This document shows positions 56,169 to 64,000 of a stretch of DNA of 64,000 bases, in pieces. Position 1 is the first letter of the stretch; every line of letters starts with the position of its first letter. The translations under genes and the position numbers were made by a program. Where the stretch lies: NCBI GenBank assembly GCA_017651185.1, contig JAGCDJ010000022.1, positions 26,688 through 90,687 on the forward strand, given 5' to 3'. The notes below the pieces were generated by a model. It made no database searches. It worked only from the letters and a program-made list of their open reading frames with translations, and had not been told where the DNA came from. The stretch comes from Bacteroidales bacterium. Its GTDB lineage: Bacteria; Bacteroidota; Bacteroidia; Bacteroidales; ML635J-15.

Positions 56169-56904
56169 CGCATTGAAACTGTGCGTAATAATGCCGACCT
56201 ACAACAACGGGGGAACTCTGCGAGATGTCGCGGAACGCGTGTTGGCGTTTACAAATGATTTAATCATTGTAAACGACGGATGCACAGACAATACACCAGA
56301 AATACTAGCATCAATGGGCGAAAAAATCACTGTCGTTGACTACGGCAAGAACCGTGGCAAAGGATATGCACTGAAAAAAGGTTTCGAAAAGGCCAAAGAA
56401 CTCGGTTTCGACTATGCCATTACCATCGACTCCGACGGTCAGCATTTTCCCGAAGATATTCCCCTGTTTATTGAAGCAATAAAGCGAAACAAAGGAGCAT
56501 TGGTTGTCGGAAGCAGAAATCTGAAACAAGAAAACATGCCCGGAGGAAATACTTTTGCAAATAAGTTCTCAAACTTCTGGTTCAGAGTTCAAACTGGCAT
56601 TAATTTACCCGACACGCAGACTGGATACAGATTGTATCCGCTCAAAAACATGCCAAGTCTTTGTATGCTTACATCGCGATACGAAGCAGAATTAGAGTTG
56701 CTTGTTTTCTCTGCTTGGCGCAACATACCGCTGATTCCCATCAAGATAAATGTATTCTATCCCAAAGCCGAGGAACGCATTTCGCATTTCAGACCTTTCT
56801 GGGACTTTTTCAGAATCAGCGTACTGAACACAATACTATGCTTCGTGGCGATTTTCTACGGATGGCCGTCACGACTAATAAGGAAATGGAGGTCGCATGA
56901 ATAG
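56155..56904 (+). CDS. family-2 glycosyltransferase with C-terminal membrane segment
   Basis: 249 aa. VIMPTYNNGGTL...IVNDGCTDNT...ITIDSDGQH are GT2 motifs, with a C-terminal hydrophobic helix LNTILCFVAIFYGW. Confidence 0.85.
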   Translation: MKESDALKLCVIMPTYNNGGTLRDVAERVLAFTNDLIIVNDGCTDNTPEILASMGEKITVVDYGKNRGKGYALKKGFEKAKELGFDYAITIDSDGQHFPEDIPLFIEAIKRNKGALVVGSRNLKQENMPGGNTFANKFSNFWFRVQTGINLPDTQTGYRLYPLKNMPSLCMLTSRYEAELELLVFSAWRNIPLIPIKINVFYPKAEERISHFRPFWDFFRISVLNTILCFVAIFYGWPSRLIRKWRSHE

Positions 56905-59900
56905 ATTTTTCCTTTCAATATACGACTACCTGTCAAAGCGCAAAGTCCTTTCAATAATCATATTATTGACAATTACCGCATTGTGTGTACTTTCCGCTTT
57001 GCAACTCGACTACAAGGAAAACATTGCCGACTTTCTGCCTACCGACCCTGAAAAGGAAAAATACACTTCGGTTTACAACGACTTGAGCAATCAAGGACAA
57101 ATAACCGTAATCTTCTCATCTGACGACACAGACGAACTGATGTCGGCAGTTGACGACTTTGAAGCAAACTGGGAGGAGGCTGATACCGCACAACTGGTAA
57201 GCGACCTAAGGTGCAAAATTGACGACGGACAAGTATTCGACGCCATCGATTTCATACGCGAGAACCAGCCATTGTTTCTTACCGAAAACGACTTCCAGAG
57301 AATGGATTCGCTACTTGCCGACACCAGCCATGTAGCCACCTGCCTGCAAAACATAAAGCGAATGTTGTCGTTTCCGACTGCAAGTTTCATTGTCGAAGGA
57401 ATAAAAGCAGACCCGCTAAACCTATATTCTCCAACCTTACAGCGACTGACTGCACTGAATGCCACCGAAGGTTTTGTAATAAACGACGAATACCTGATGA
57501 ACGAAAACGGAGACAAGGCTTTTGCATTCTTCTCCTCTCCTTTCGCAGGTAGCGACACAAAAAACAATGCCATACTGGTCGAACTGATAAACAATGTCAT
57601 TGACACAACAACAAAAAGCCATCAGGGAGTAAAAATTTCGGCTGTTGGCGCTCCAACCATAGCCGTCACCAATGCCCAGCAGATAAAAAGAGACAGTTTC
57701 CTATCCATCGCACTCGCTTTAGTGCTGATTTTTGGCATACTGATGTTCACAATGGCAAGGAAACGAAACCTTATTTGGCTTGGTATATCAATTCTTTTCG
57801 GCTGGATTTTCGCGTTAGCAATCATTGCCTTATTCAAGACAAGCATATCGATAATTGTCATTGGCATCGGCTCGGTAATTTTGGGCATTGCGGTAAACTA
57901 TCCGCTCCACTATCTCGACCACATCAAGCAGCAACCCGACAAGCGCGAAGCACTAAAAGATGTAATCCAACCGCTAGTCATCGGAAACATCACAACCGTT
58001 GCTGCGTTCGCCTGCCTAATCTTCGTAAAGGCAGAAGCAATGCACGACCTTGGTCTTTTCGGTGCACTAATGCTTATCGGCACGATACTTTTCGTAATGG
58101 TCTTCCTGCCGTTGCTGGCTGTCGTTCCGAAAAAGAAACACAAACTTTTCGTCGATAGCGGAAAAGAACCTAACGAAAAATGGCGGAAGGCAAAGATTTT
58201 CGCCTTCTGGCCTTTGGTAATCGTAACCATCATCCTCGGCTACTACAGCCAAGAAACGACCTTCGATTCCGACCTGCACAACATCAACTACATGACAGAG
58301 CAACAAAAGGAAGACATTGCCCTGCTCAACGAATCAATGCAAAAGGAAGGCAAGACAGACCTTATTTATGTAGTATCGGAAAGCAGCGACTTGCAACAAG
58401 CACTGCAACAAAACGAAAAAATAATTGACAACCTGAAAAAATCTATTCCGCAGAATGTAAATGTTAGCATTTCTGGTCCCGATGGACTATTGCCGTCAAC
58501 CGAGAAGCAAAAGGAATCGATTGAAAGATGGAATGACTTCTGGCAACAGCATGCCGAAATAGTCAACGAAATAAACACAGAAGCCATAGCAAACGGTTTT
58601 ACTGCCAGTGCATTCGCACCATTTACAGACAATCTCGAAAAGCAATACGACACGAAGTCGCAAAGTGAAATGCAACCGCTAATGGAACTATGCAAAACCT
58701 ATACCTTGCAGCACGATTCATTGACTCGCGTTGTAAACTTTGTGCGCGTGCCTGCCGAATTTTCCGACTCTTTGAAACAACAGCTTCGCCAAACATTGCC
58801 AGACAATGGTTTTGCATTCAGCATGTCGGATATTGGAAGCAATCTGGTTACAGTTCTGTCCGAGGATTTTGACTACATTCTGTATGTATGTAGCATTGTC
58901 GTATTCTTCTTCCTATGCATCTCGTTCGGACGACTCGAATTGTCAATACTTGCCTTCCTGCCACTTACCATCGGCTGGGCTTGGATATTGGGTTTGATGT
59001 ACTTCTTCGGAATAAAATTCAACATCGTAAACATAATTCTGGCGACATTCATATTCGGACAAGGCGACGACTACACCATTTTCATAACCGAAGGACTGCT
59101 GTACGAATACTCCTACGGCAAAAAGATGCTTAAAAACTACCGCAACAGCGTTATTCTTTCCGGAATATTGATGTTTATCGGCATTGGAACGCTTATTTTT
59201 GCCAAACACCCTGCAATGAAGTCGCTGGCCGAAGTCGCAATAGTAGGCATGATGACTGTTGTATTGATGGCATGCTACCTACCGCCTGTCATTTTCAACT
59301 GGTTGACAAAGAAGAAAGGTCAGCTTCGCGATGTACCGGTAACAATCAAGCGACTTTTGTACACTTTTGTTTCACTCCTTGTATTTTTCGTATCAGCATT
59401 TGTTTTGGTAACACCATTTACTATATTATACAAGCTTATCGGTCGCGACAGCGAACGTAAACGTCTATGGTACCATAAACTTATAGTTGTTTTCAACAGA
59501 TTTGCAATATTACGTCTTCCTGGTGTAAAGTATTCGCTAGATAATCCTTACGGTGAAGATTTTGAAAAACCGGCAGTCATAATTGCCAACCACCAGTCAC
59601 ACCTCGACTTGTCGTGCATAATGATGCAGTCGCATAAGATAGTTATACTTACCAACGACTGGGTATGGAAAGATCCAATATACGGATTGATTATCAGATA
59701 TGCTGAATTTTATCCGGTATCGGATGGTTACGACAAGAATATAGAACGTCTGAAAAACCTTGTCTCAAGAGGCTACTCGGTTGTTATTTTCCCCGAAGGC
59801 ACACGTTCGGTAACCGGAGAAATCATGCGATTCCACAAGGGAGCATTCCAATTGGCACAATCCCTCAACATCGACATTCTGCCTATATTCATACATGGAG

Positions 59901-60421
59901 CCAACCATGCCATGCCCAAAAATGACATTATCCTGCGCGAAGGCGCACTTCATATTGAAATCGGACAAAGGTATTCGGCAGAAAAAGTACAAGCAGTTAC
60001 CGCAAGAGAGTTGACCTCTTACTTCCACAAATACTATCTAGAACATTTCGAAGAAATACGCAACAAGTGTGAAGACACAGAATACGTATCGAAATATGTA
60101 CGATACAAATATATCTACAAGGGCAACGATGTGGAACGCTCGAGCCGTGCAAACATTAAGAAGATAAAGGCACATTCGGAAGAAATCAACACCTTGCAAG
60201 GCAATAGCATAGCAATAAGGAACAGCGGATACGGAGAACTTGCATGGACAATTGCACTCGTTCACAGGCAAACGCAAGTTTATGCATTGGAAACCGATGT
60301 GGACAAGTTCCTGATTGCCTCGCATTGCACCTGCATTCCGGAGAACCTACATTTCGTTAACGACGAAAACGAATTGCCAACCTGTGAACTAACAATTGAT
60401 AGCCAAACGTTTCTGAAATGA
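56897..60421 (+). CDS. fusion protein: MMPL/RND-type exporter + PlsC-type acyltransferase + truncated class-I methyltransferase-like tail
   Basis: 1174 aa. Residues ~1-805 carry two hydrophobic bundles with large loops (MMPL-like, GQGDDYTIFI). Residues ~815-1045 carry NHQSHLD (Hx4D) and FPEGTRS acyltransferase motifs. Residues ~1100-1174 carry IAIRNSGYGELA...VYALETD, which resembles SAM motif I plus the acidic post-I residue, but the protein ends ~60 aa later. Confidence 0.8.
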   Translation: MNRFFLSIYDYLSKRKVLSIIILLTITALCVLSALQLDYKENIADFLPTDPEKEKYTSVYNDLSNQGQITVIFSSDDTDELMSAVDDFEANWEEADTAQLVSDLRCKIDDGQVFDAIDFIRENQPLFLTENDFQRMDSLLADTSHVATCLQNIKRMLSFPTASFIVEGIKADPLNLYSPTLQRLTALNATEGFVINDEYLMNENGDKAFAFFSSPFAGSDTKNNAILVELINNVIDTTTKSHQGVKISAVGAPTIAVTNAQQIKRDSFLSIALALVLIFGILMFTMARKRNLIWLGISILFGWIFALAIIALFKTSISIIVIGIGSVILGIAVNYPLHYLDHIKQQPDKREALKDVIQPLVIGNITTVAAFACLIFVKAEAMHDLGLFGALMLIGTILFVMVFLPLLAVVPKKKHKLFVDSGKEPNEKWRKAKIFAFWPLVIVTIILGYYSQETTFDSDLHNINYMTEQQKEDIALLNESMQKEGKTDLIYVVSESSDLQQALQQNEKIIDNLKKSIPQNVNVSISGPDGLLPSTEKQKESIERWNDFWQQHAEIVNEINTEAIANGFTASAFAPFTDNLEKQYDTKSQSEMQPLMELCKTYTLQHDSLTRVVNFVRVPAEFSDSLKQQLRQTLPDNGFAFSMSDIGSNLVTVLSEDFDYILYVCSIVVFFFLCISFGRLELSILAFLPLTIGWAWILGLMYFFGIKFNIVNIILATFIFGQGDDYTIFITEGLLYEYSYGKKMLKNYRNSVILSGILMFIGIGTLIFAKHPAMKSLAEVAIVGMMTVVLMACYLPPVIFNWLTKKKGQLRDVPVTIKRLLYTFVSLLVFFVSAFVLVTPFTILYKLIGRDSERKRLWYHKLIVVFNRFAILRLPGVKYSLDNPYGEDFEKPAVIIANHQSHLDLSCIMMQSHKIVILTNDWVWKDPIYGLIIRYAEFYPVSDGYDKNIERLKNLVSRGYSVVIFPEGTRSVTGEIMRFHKGAFQLAQSLNIDILPIFIHGANHAMPKNDIILREGALHIEIGQRYSAEKVQAVTARELTSYFHKYYLEHFEEIRNKCEDTEYVSKYVRYKYIYKGNDVERSSRANIKKIKAHSEEINTLQGNSIAIRNSGYGELAWTIALVHRQTQVYALETDVDKFLIASHCTCIPENLHFVNDENELPTCELTIDSQTFLK

Positions 60422-63408
60422 AAAAATGCATTGTCATAGGAAGTGGACTTGGTGGACTATCCACAGGTGTAATTCTAGCGAAAAACGGCTACGATGTAAC
60501 CATATTCGAGCAAGCCAAGCAGATTGGCGGTTGCTTGCAGTGTTTCTGGCGCACTGGCGTTAAGTTTGAGACTGGTATGCATTTCGTTGGCAGTCTCGAC
60601 GACGGAGAGGTGCTTTCCAACTATTTCAACTTCCTTGGAATCAAGGACAAGGTTGAAGTTTCGCGGATGGATACGCACTCGTACAATACCATTTCGCTCG
60701 ATGGTGAGCGCTTTTCCATTGCAAACGGTCACGAGCAGATGATTGAAAGTCTGGCACAACGCTTTCCAAACGAAAAGGATAATCTTCGTCGTTTCTGGCA
60801 ACTTGTGGATACGGTTGCTCAGGAGTCGCCATACTACGACCTAAGCCGTATCGACAGGAATCCGCATCTCGACTTGCGGTTGTTTACAACAAGCATCAAC
60901 GAGGTAATCGATGAGGTGATAACTGACCCTACTTTACGCAATGTGCTTGTGGGCGACATGTCGCTTTATGCTGCGCAACGCGACCGCACACCGTTTTCTA
61001 CATACGCCTTTGTGTCAAACTTCTACAACCGAAGCGCATTTAGGATTGTGGGCGGAAGCGACAACATAGCAAAGGCACTTGCCGAAGTGATAAAGTCGAA
61101 CGGAGGCAAGATTTATACAGGATGTCGCGTCGTAAGGGCGCATAGCAATAATGGTTCGATAACCAGTGTGGAACTGGAAAACGGAGAATTGGTAGAAGGC
61201 GACATATTTATTTCCGATGTGCATCCGATGCAGTTGAGCGGTATGTTTACAGGAAAGGAATTGCGTCCGTCGTTCTATTCGCGTATAGAGTCGATAAAGA
61301 ATACCCCGTCGGTGTTTTCACTTTTCCTGAAGTTCAAGTCGGGAGTGCCCTATATGAATACCAATTTCTACGGCTATTCGTGCAAGTCGCCGTGGGATAT
61401 GGAAAACTATGACGATACAACTTGGCCGCGTGGCTATTTGTATATGCACCATTGCCACGAGAAAGAGCAGAAGTATGCTCGCAGTGGCGTCATCTTGGTA
61501 TATATGCTTGCCGACGAACTTGCCGAATGGTCGCAGACCAAGGTTGGAAACAGAGGCGAATCGTACGAGGTGTTTAAGCGTGCCAAGACAGAAAAACTGC
61601 TTGATGCCGTCGAAAGGGATTTTCCCGAGATAAGGTCGCAAATAGAAGAATATTACACGGCAACACCGCTTACTTACCGCGACTACACCTTGTCGCCGGG
61701 CGGTTCGATGTACGGTATGGCAAAGGACTTGACTTTGGGCTTGGCAGGGCGCGTGTCGTACAAGACTAAGTTGCCGAATTTCTATTTGGTGGGACAGAAC
61801 ATTAATGCACACGGAATACTTGGCGTACTCGTCGGAACTTTGAACGTTTGTTCGGCTCTGCTTGGCGAAGATGTAGTTAAGAAACAGATGTTGGAGGCAA
61901 ATAATTCGGTTATTTCAGCAAAGCAAAAGTCAGTGCTGATTATCGGTGGCGGTCTTGGCGGTCTTGTTACCGGTGCCTTGCTTGCCAAGGAGAACTACAA
62001 GGTGACAGTTCTGGAGAAGAATGCCATAATAGGTGGCGGTTTGCAGACAATCAGGCGCAAAGGAGTGGATTTTGCAACTGGAATGCATATTTTCGGCGGT
62101 TTCAACAAGGATGGCAACCTTTACAAACTATTTGACTACCTTGGCATTGCAGACAAACTGAACCTTATGCCTACCGACGAAAAAGCCTGCGACATTGTTA
62201 CAATTGCCGACGACAATGCTACATATTATCTTCCCAAAGGCAAGGAAAACCTTGTGAATTACCTTTCAGGAATCTTCCCCGACGAAGCCGAAAACATTAG
62301 GCAGTACATCGACAAACTGTTTGAACTTTCGCAGGAGGAAGACCTTTTCTATATTCGCGAAAGGTCGATGGAACCGAATTTTACATCTTTGAGCGAAGAT
62401 TTCAAAAATCCATATAACCAACTAATTGACAAATACATACACAATCCAAAGTTAAAAAGAGTGCTTTGTTACCTGAAACCGCTTTTCGGTGGCGAGGAAG
62501 ATACTACTCCGGCATTCTTCAATGCTCTGCTAAGTGTACTGCACATTGGAGGTACATTCCAGTTTGTTGGTAGCGGTCTGCAGATGGTCGATATGCTGAA
62601 AAAAATTATAAAGGAGGCTGGTGGTGAAGTAGTTTCAAGCGAGGAAGTTACAAAAATTGAGGTAGAAGACCACGCGGTTACAAGGGTTATCACAAAGAAT
62701 GGCAATTCTTACATAGCCGACAGTTATATTTCCGATGTCCACCCCGATGTGCTGATGAAAATCATCAGTGGCGACGCATTCCCTGCAGCTTTCCGTAAAC
62801 GATTGAAACTGATTCCCGAATCGACTTCAAGCTTCAAGGTTTACATTAAGTTCAAGAAAAATGCCTTCCCATTCCTAAACCATGCTAACTATTATTACAA
62901 CAGTAGCATAGAATATCCGAATGGCATAATGTATGTTACCCCGCCAGTCGAGAACCAAGGCGAATTTGCCGAGACTATGGCAATAATCAGTCTTATGGAC
63001 TTCGACGAGGTCAAGAGGTGGGAGGATACCCAGACTGGTCATCGTGGCGAGGAATACGAACAGTGGAAAAAGGCGACGACAGAAAAGATTTTCGACGTGA
63101 TGGAGATAATTTATCCGCATTTCCGTGACTGCGTCGATTTCTCGTTTGCATCGTCACCGCTTACAATACGCGATTTTCTCGGCAACAAGGAAGGCTCGAT
63201 ATATGGATTCCAGAAGGATAGCCGCAATCTGATGCTTTCGCAGATGGCGGTTGCAACCAAGGTAAAGAATTTGTTCCTGACGGGACAGAACGTGAACATT
63301 CACGGATTCTGCGGAGTGTCGCTTACTGCAATCGAGACTGCCGAGGCCCTTGTCGGACACAATGTGATAGTAAAAAAAATCAACGAACATTGCAATAATA
63401 ACAAATAA
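60418..63408 (+). CDS. tandem-duplicated CrtI/phytoene-desaturase-like FAD oxidoreductase (two complete modules in one ORF)
   Basis: 996 aa. The first dinucleotide motif is KCIVIGSGLGGLSTGVILAKNGYDVTIFE (aa 3-31). The second is SVLIIGGGLGGLVTGALLAKENYKVTVLE (aa ~505-533). Both halves end with a related motif (FYLVGQNINAHGILGV / LFLTGQNVNIHGFCGV). Confidence 0.85.
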   Translation: MKKCIVIGSGLGGLSTGVILAKNGYDVTIFEQAKQIGGCLQCFWRTGVKFETGMHFVGSLDDGEVLSNYFNFLGIKDKVEVSRMDTHSYNTISLDGERFSIANGHEQMIESLAQRFPNEKDNLRRFWQLVDTVAQESPYYDLSRIDRNPHLDLRLFTTSINEVIDEVITDPTLRNVLVGDMSLYAAQRDRTPFSTYAFVSNFYNRSAFRIVGGSDNIAKALAEVIKSNGGKIYTGCRVVRAHSNNGSITSVELENGELVEGDIFISDVHPMQLSGMFTGKELRPSFYSRIESIKNTPSVFSLFLKFKSGVPYMNTNFYGYSCKSPWDMENYDDTTWPRGYLYMHHCHEKEQKYARSGVILVYMLADELAEWSQTKVGNRGESYEVFKRAKTEKLLDAVERDFPEIRSQIEEYYTATPLTYRDYTLSPGGSMYGMAKDLTLGLAGRVSYKTKLPNFYLVGQNINAHGILGVLVGTLNVCSALLGEDVVKKQMLEANNSVISAKQKSVLIIGGGLGGLVTGALLAKENYKVTVLEKNAIIGGGLQTIRRKGVDFATGMHIFGGFNKDGNLYKLFDYLGIADKLNLMPTDEKACDIVTIADDNATYYLPKGKENLVNYLSGIFPDEAENIRQYIDKLFELSQEEDLFYIRERSMEPNFTSLSEDFKNPYNQLIDKYIHNPKLKRVLCYLKPLFGGEEDTTPAFFNALLSVLHIGGTFQFVGSGLQMVDMLKKIIKEAGGEVVSSEEVTKIEVEDHAVTRVITKNGNSYIADSYISDVHPDVLMKIISGDAFPAAFRKRLKLIPESTSSFKVYIKFKKNAFPFLNHANYYYNSSIEYPNGIMYVTPPVENQGEFAETMAIISLMDFDEVKRWEDTQTGHRGEEYEQWKKATTEKIFDVMEIIYPHFRDCVDFSFASSPLTIRDFLGNKEGSIYGFQKDSRNLMLSQMAVATKVKNLFLTGQNVNIHGFCGVSLTAIETAEALVGHNVIVKKINEHCNNNK

Positions 63409-63445
63409 CATATACTTTTGTAATTTAGAAGAAAACGAATCATTT

Positions 63446-64000
63446 ATGGATAAAGTAAAACTGAAACTGATTTACCCGAAATGGAACAAACTGCCCGGAC
63501 AGACAACCTTCAACCTGCCGCCTCACGGACCGGTGGCATTTGCCGCAACTTTGCCCGAATACGTTGACATTTCGTTTACCGACGAAAACGTTGAGGCAAT
63601 TGACTTCGACGAGGAATGCGACCTTGTGGCACTATCGATGATGCTTACAACACAAGTAAAGCGCGGATGGGCGATTGCCGACGAATATCACAAGCGCGGC
63701 AAAAAGGTCATCGCTGGCGGTATTTCCACTATGCTTCACGCAGAGGAAATGGTAAACCATGTTGACAGCGTATTCCTTGGCGAATCGGAAGGTCGTTCCG
63801 AGCAGGTTATTATCGACTGGAAAAACGGCTGCCTGAAAAAGATATACAACTATATGGGCAACCAGCCACCAATCGAATCGGTAGGTCCTTGCCGCCGCGA
63901 CCTTTACAAGCGCGAACTGTATAACCACAAGGGCGTGCAGATGGTTGACCTGTTCCACGCTTCGCGCGGATGCCGTTTCAGTTGCTATCCATGTGCTGTG
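63446..64000 (+). CDS. B12-binding-domain radical SAM protein (N-terminal 185 aa; continues past the right edge)
   Basis: Not in the ORF track because it is open at 64000. The ATG at 63446 reads MDKVKLKLIYPKWNKLPG...DLVALSMMLTTQVKRGWAIADEYHKRGKKVIAGG (a B12-binding-like Rossmann region) and reaches ASRGCRFSCYPC (Cx3Cx2C). Confidence 0.75.
   Translation, partial: MDKVKLKLIYPKWNKLPGQTTFNLPPHGPVAFAATLPEYVDISFTDENVEAIDFDEECDLVALSMMLTTQVKRGWAIADEYHKRGKKVIAGGISTMLHAEEMVNHVDSVFLGESEGRSEQVIIDWKNGCLKKIYNYMGNQPPIESVGPCRRDLYKRELYNHKGVQMVDLFHASRGCRFSCYPCAV

Overview
The window is a 64-kb chromosomal segment that looks Bacteroidota (Bacteroidales-like). Supporting signs are TAnnTTTG -7 promoter motifs before many genes and tRNAs, no obvious Shine-Dalgarno sites, many SpII-type lipoproteins, two T9SS C-terminal sorting domains and a BatA-type protein. 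About 60 coding genes and 3 tRNAs (Arg-UCU, Leu-UAG, Ala-GGC) can be supported. I saw no rRNA, CRISPR array, transposase or integrase. Housekeeping content includes rnz, rplS, lgt, metK, rpsF-rpsR-rplI, tig, tsaE, a polyprenyl synthase, a sirtuin, an M16 peptidase and a cyclophilin. Five things stand out. (1) A roughly 20-kb single-strand operon of 21 ORFs runs from 43474 to the right edge, immediately 3' of tRNA-Ala. It encodes a flexirubin/aryl-polyene-type type II PKS-like lipid-pigment pathway with unusual fusions: MMPL + PlsC acyltransferase + a truncated methyltransferase-like tail, and a tandem double CrtI-like flavoenzyme. It starts with an aromatic ammonia-lyase carrying a HAL-like Ser-His pair, has more ketosynthases than the minimal aryl-polyene set, and shows no starter CoA ligase in view. 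(2) A visibly AT-rich array of four small lipoprotein genes (24682-26887) has a ~40-45-bp direct repeat at the 3' end of three consecutive genes. The repeat is the in-frame C-terminus of one gene and an out-of-frame relic after the next two. (3) A 540-bp non-coding stretch (33857-34400) holds a perfect 14-bp inverted repeat and three 33-bp-phased copies of a 21-bp motif. It sits at the end of an AT-rich islet encoding an AlbA_2-type ATPase, a small HTH protein and a 741-aa orphan lipoprotein. (4) A second MMPL-type transporter with a ~500-aa extracytoplasmic insert is divergent from an AraC regulator. (5) A repeat-filled intergenic region lies at 23208-23579. All functional calls come from motif and family recognition by eye. 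No BLAST, HMM or covariance search could be run.
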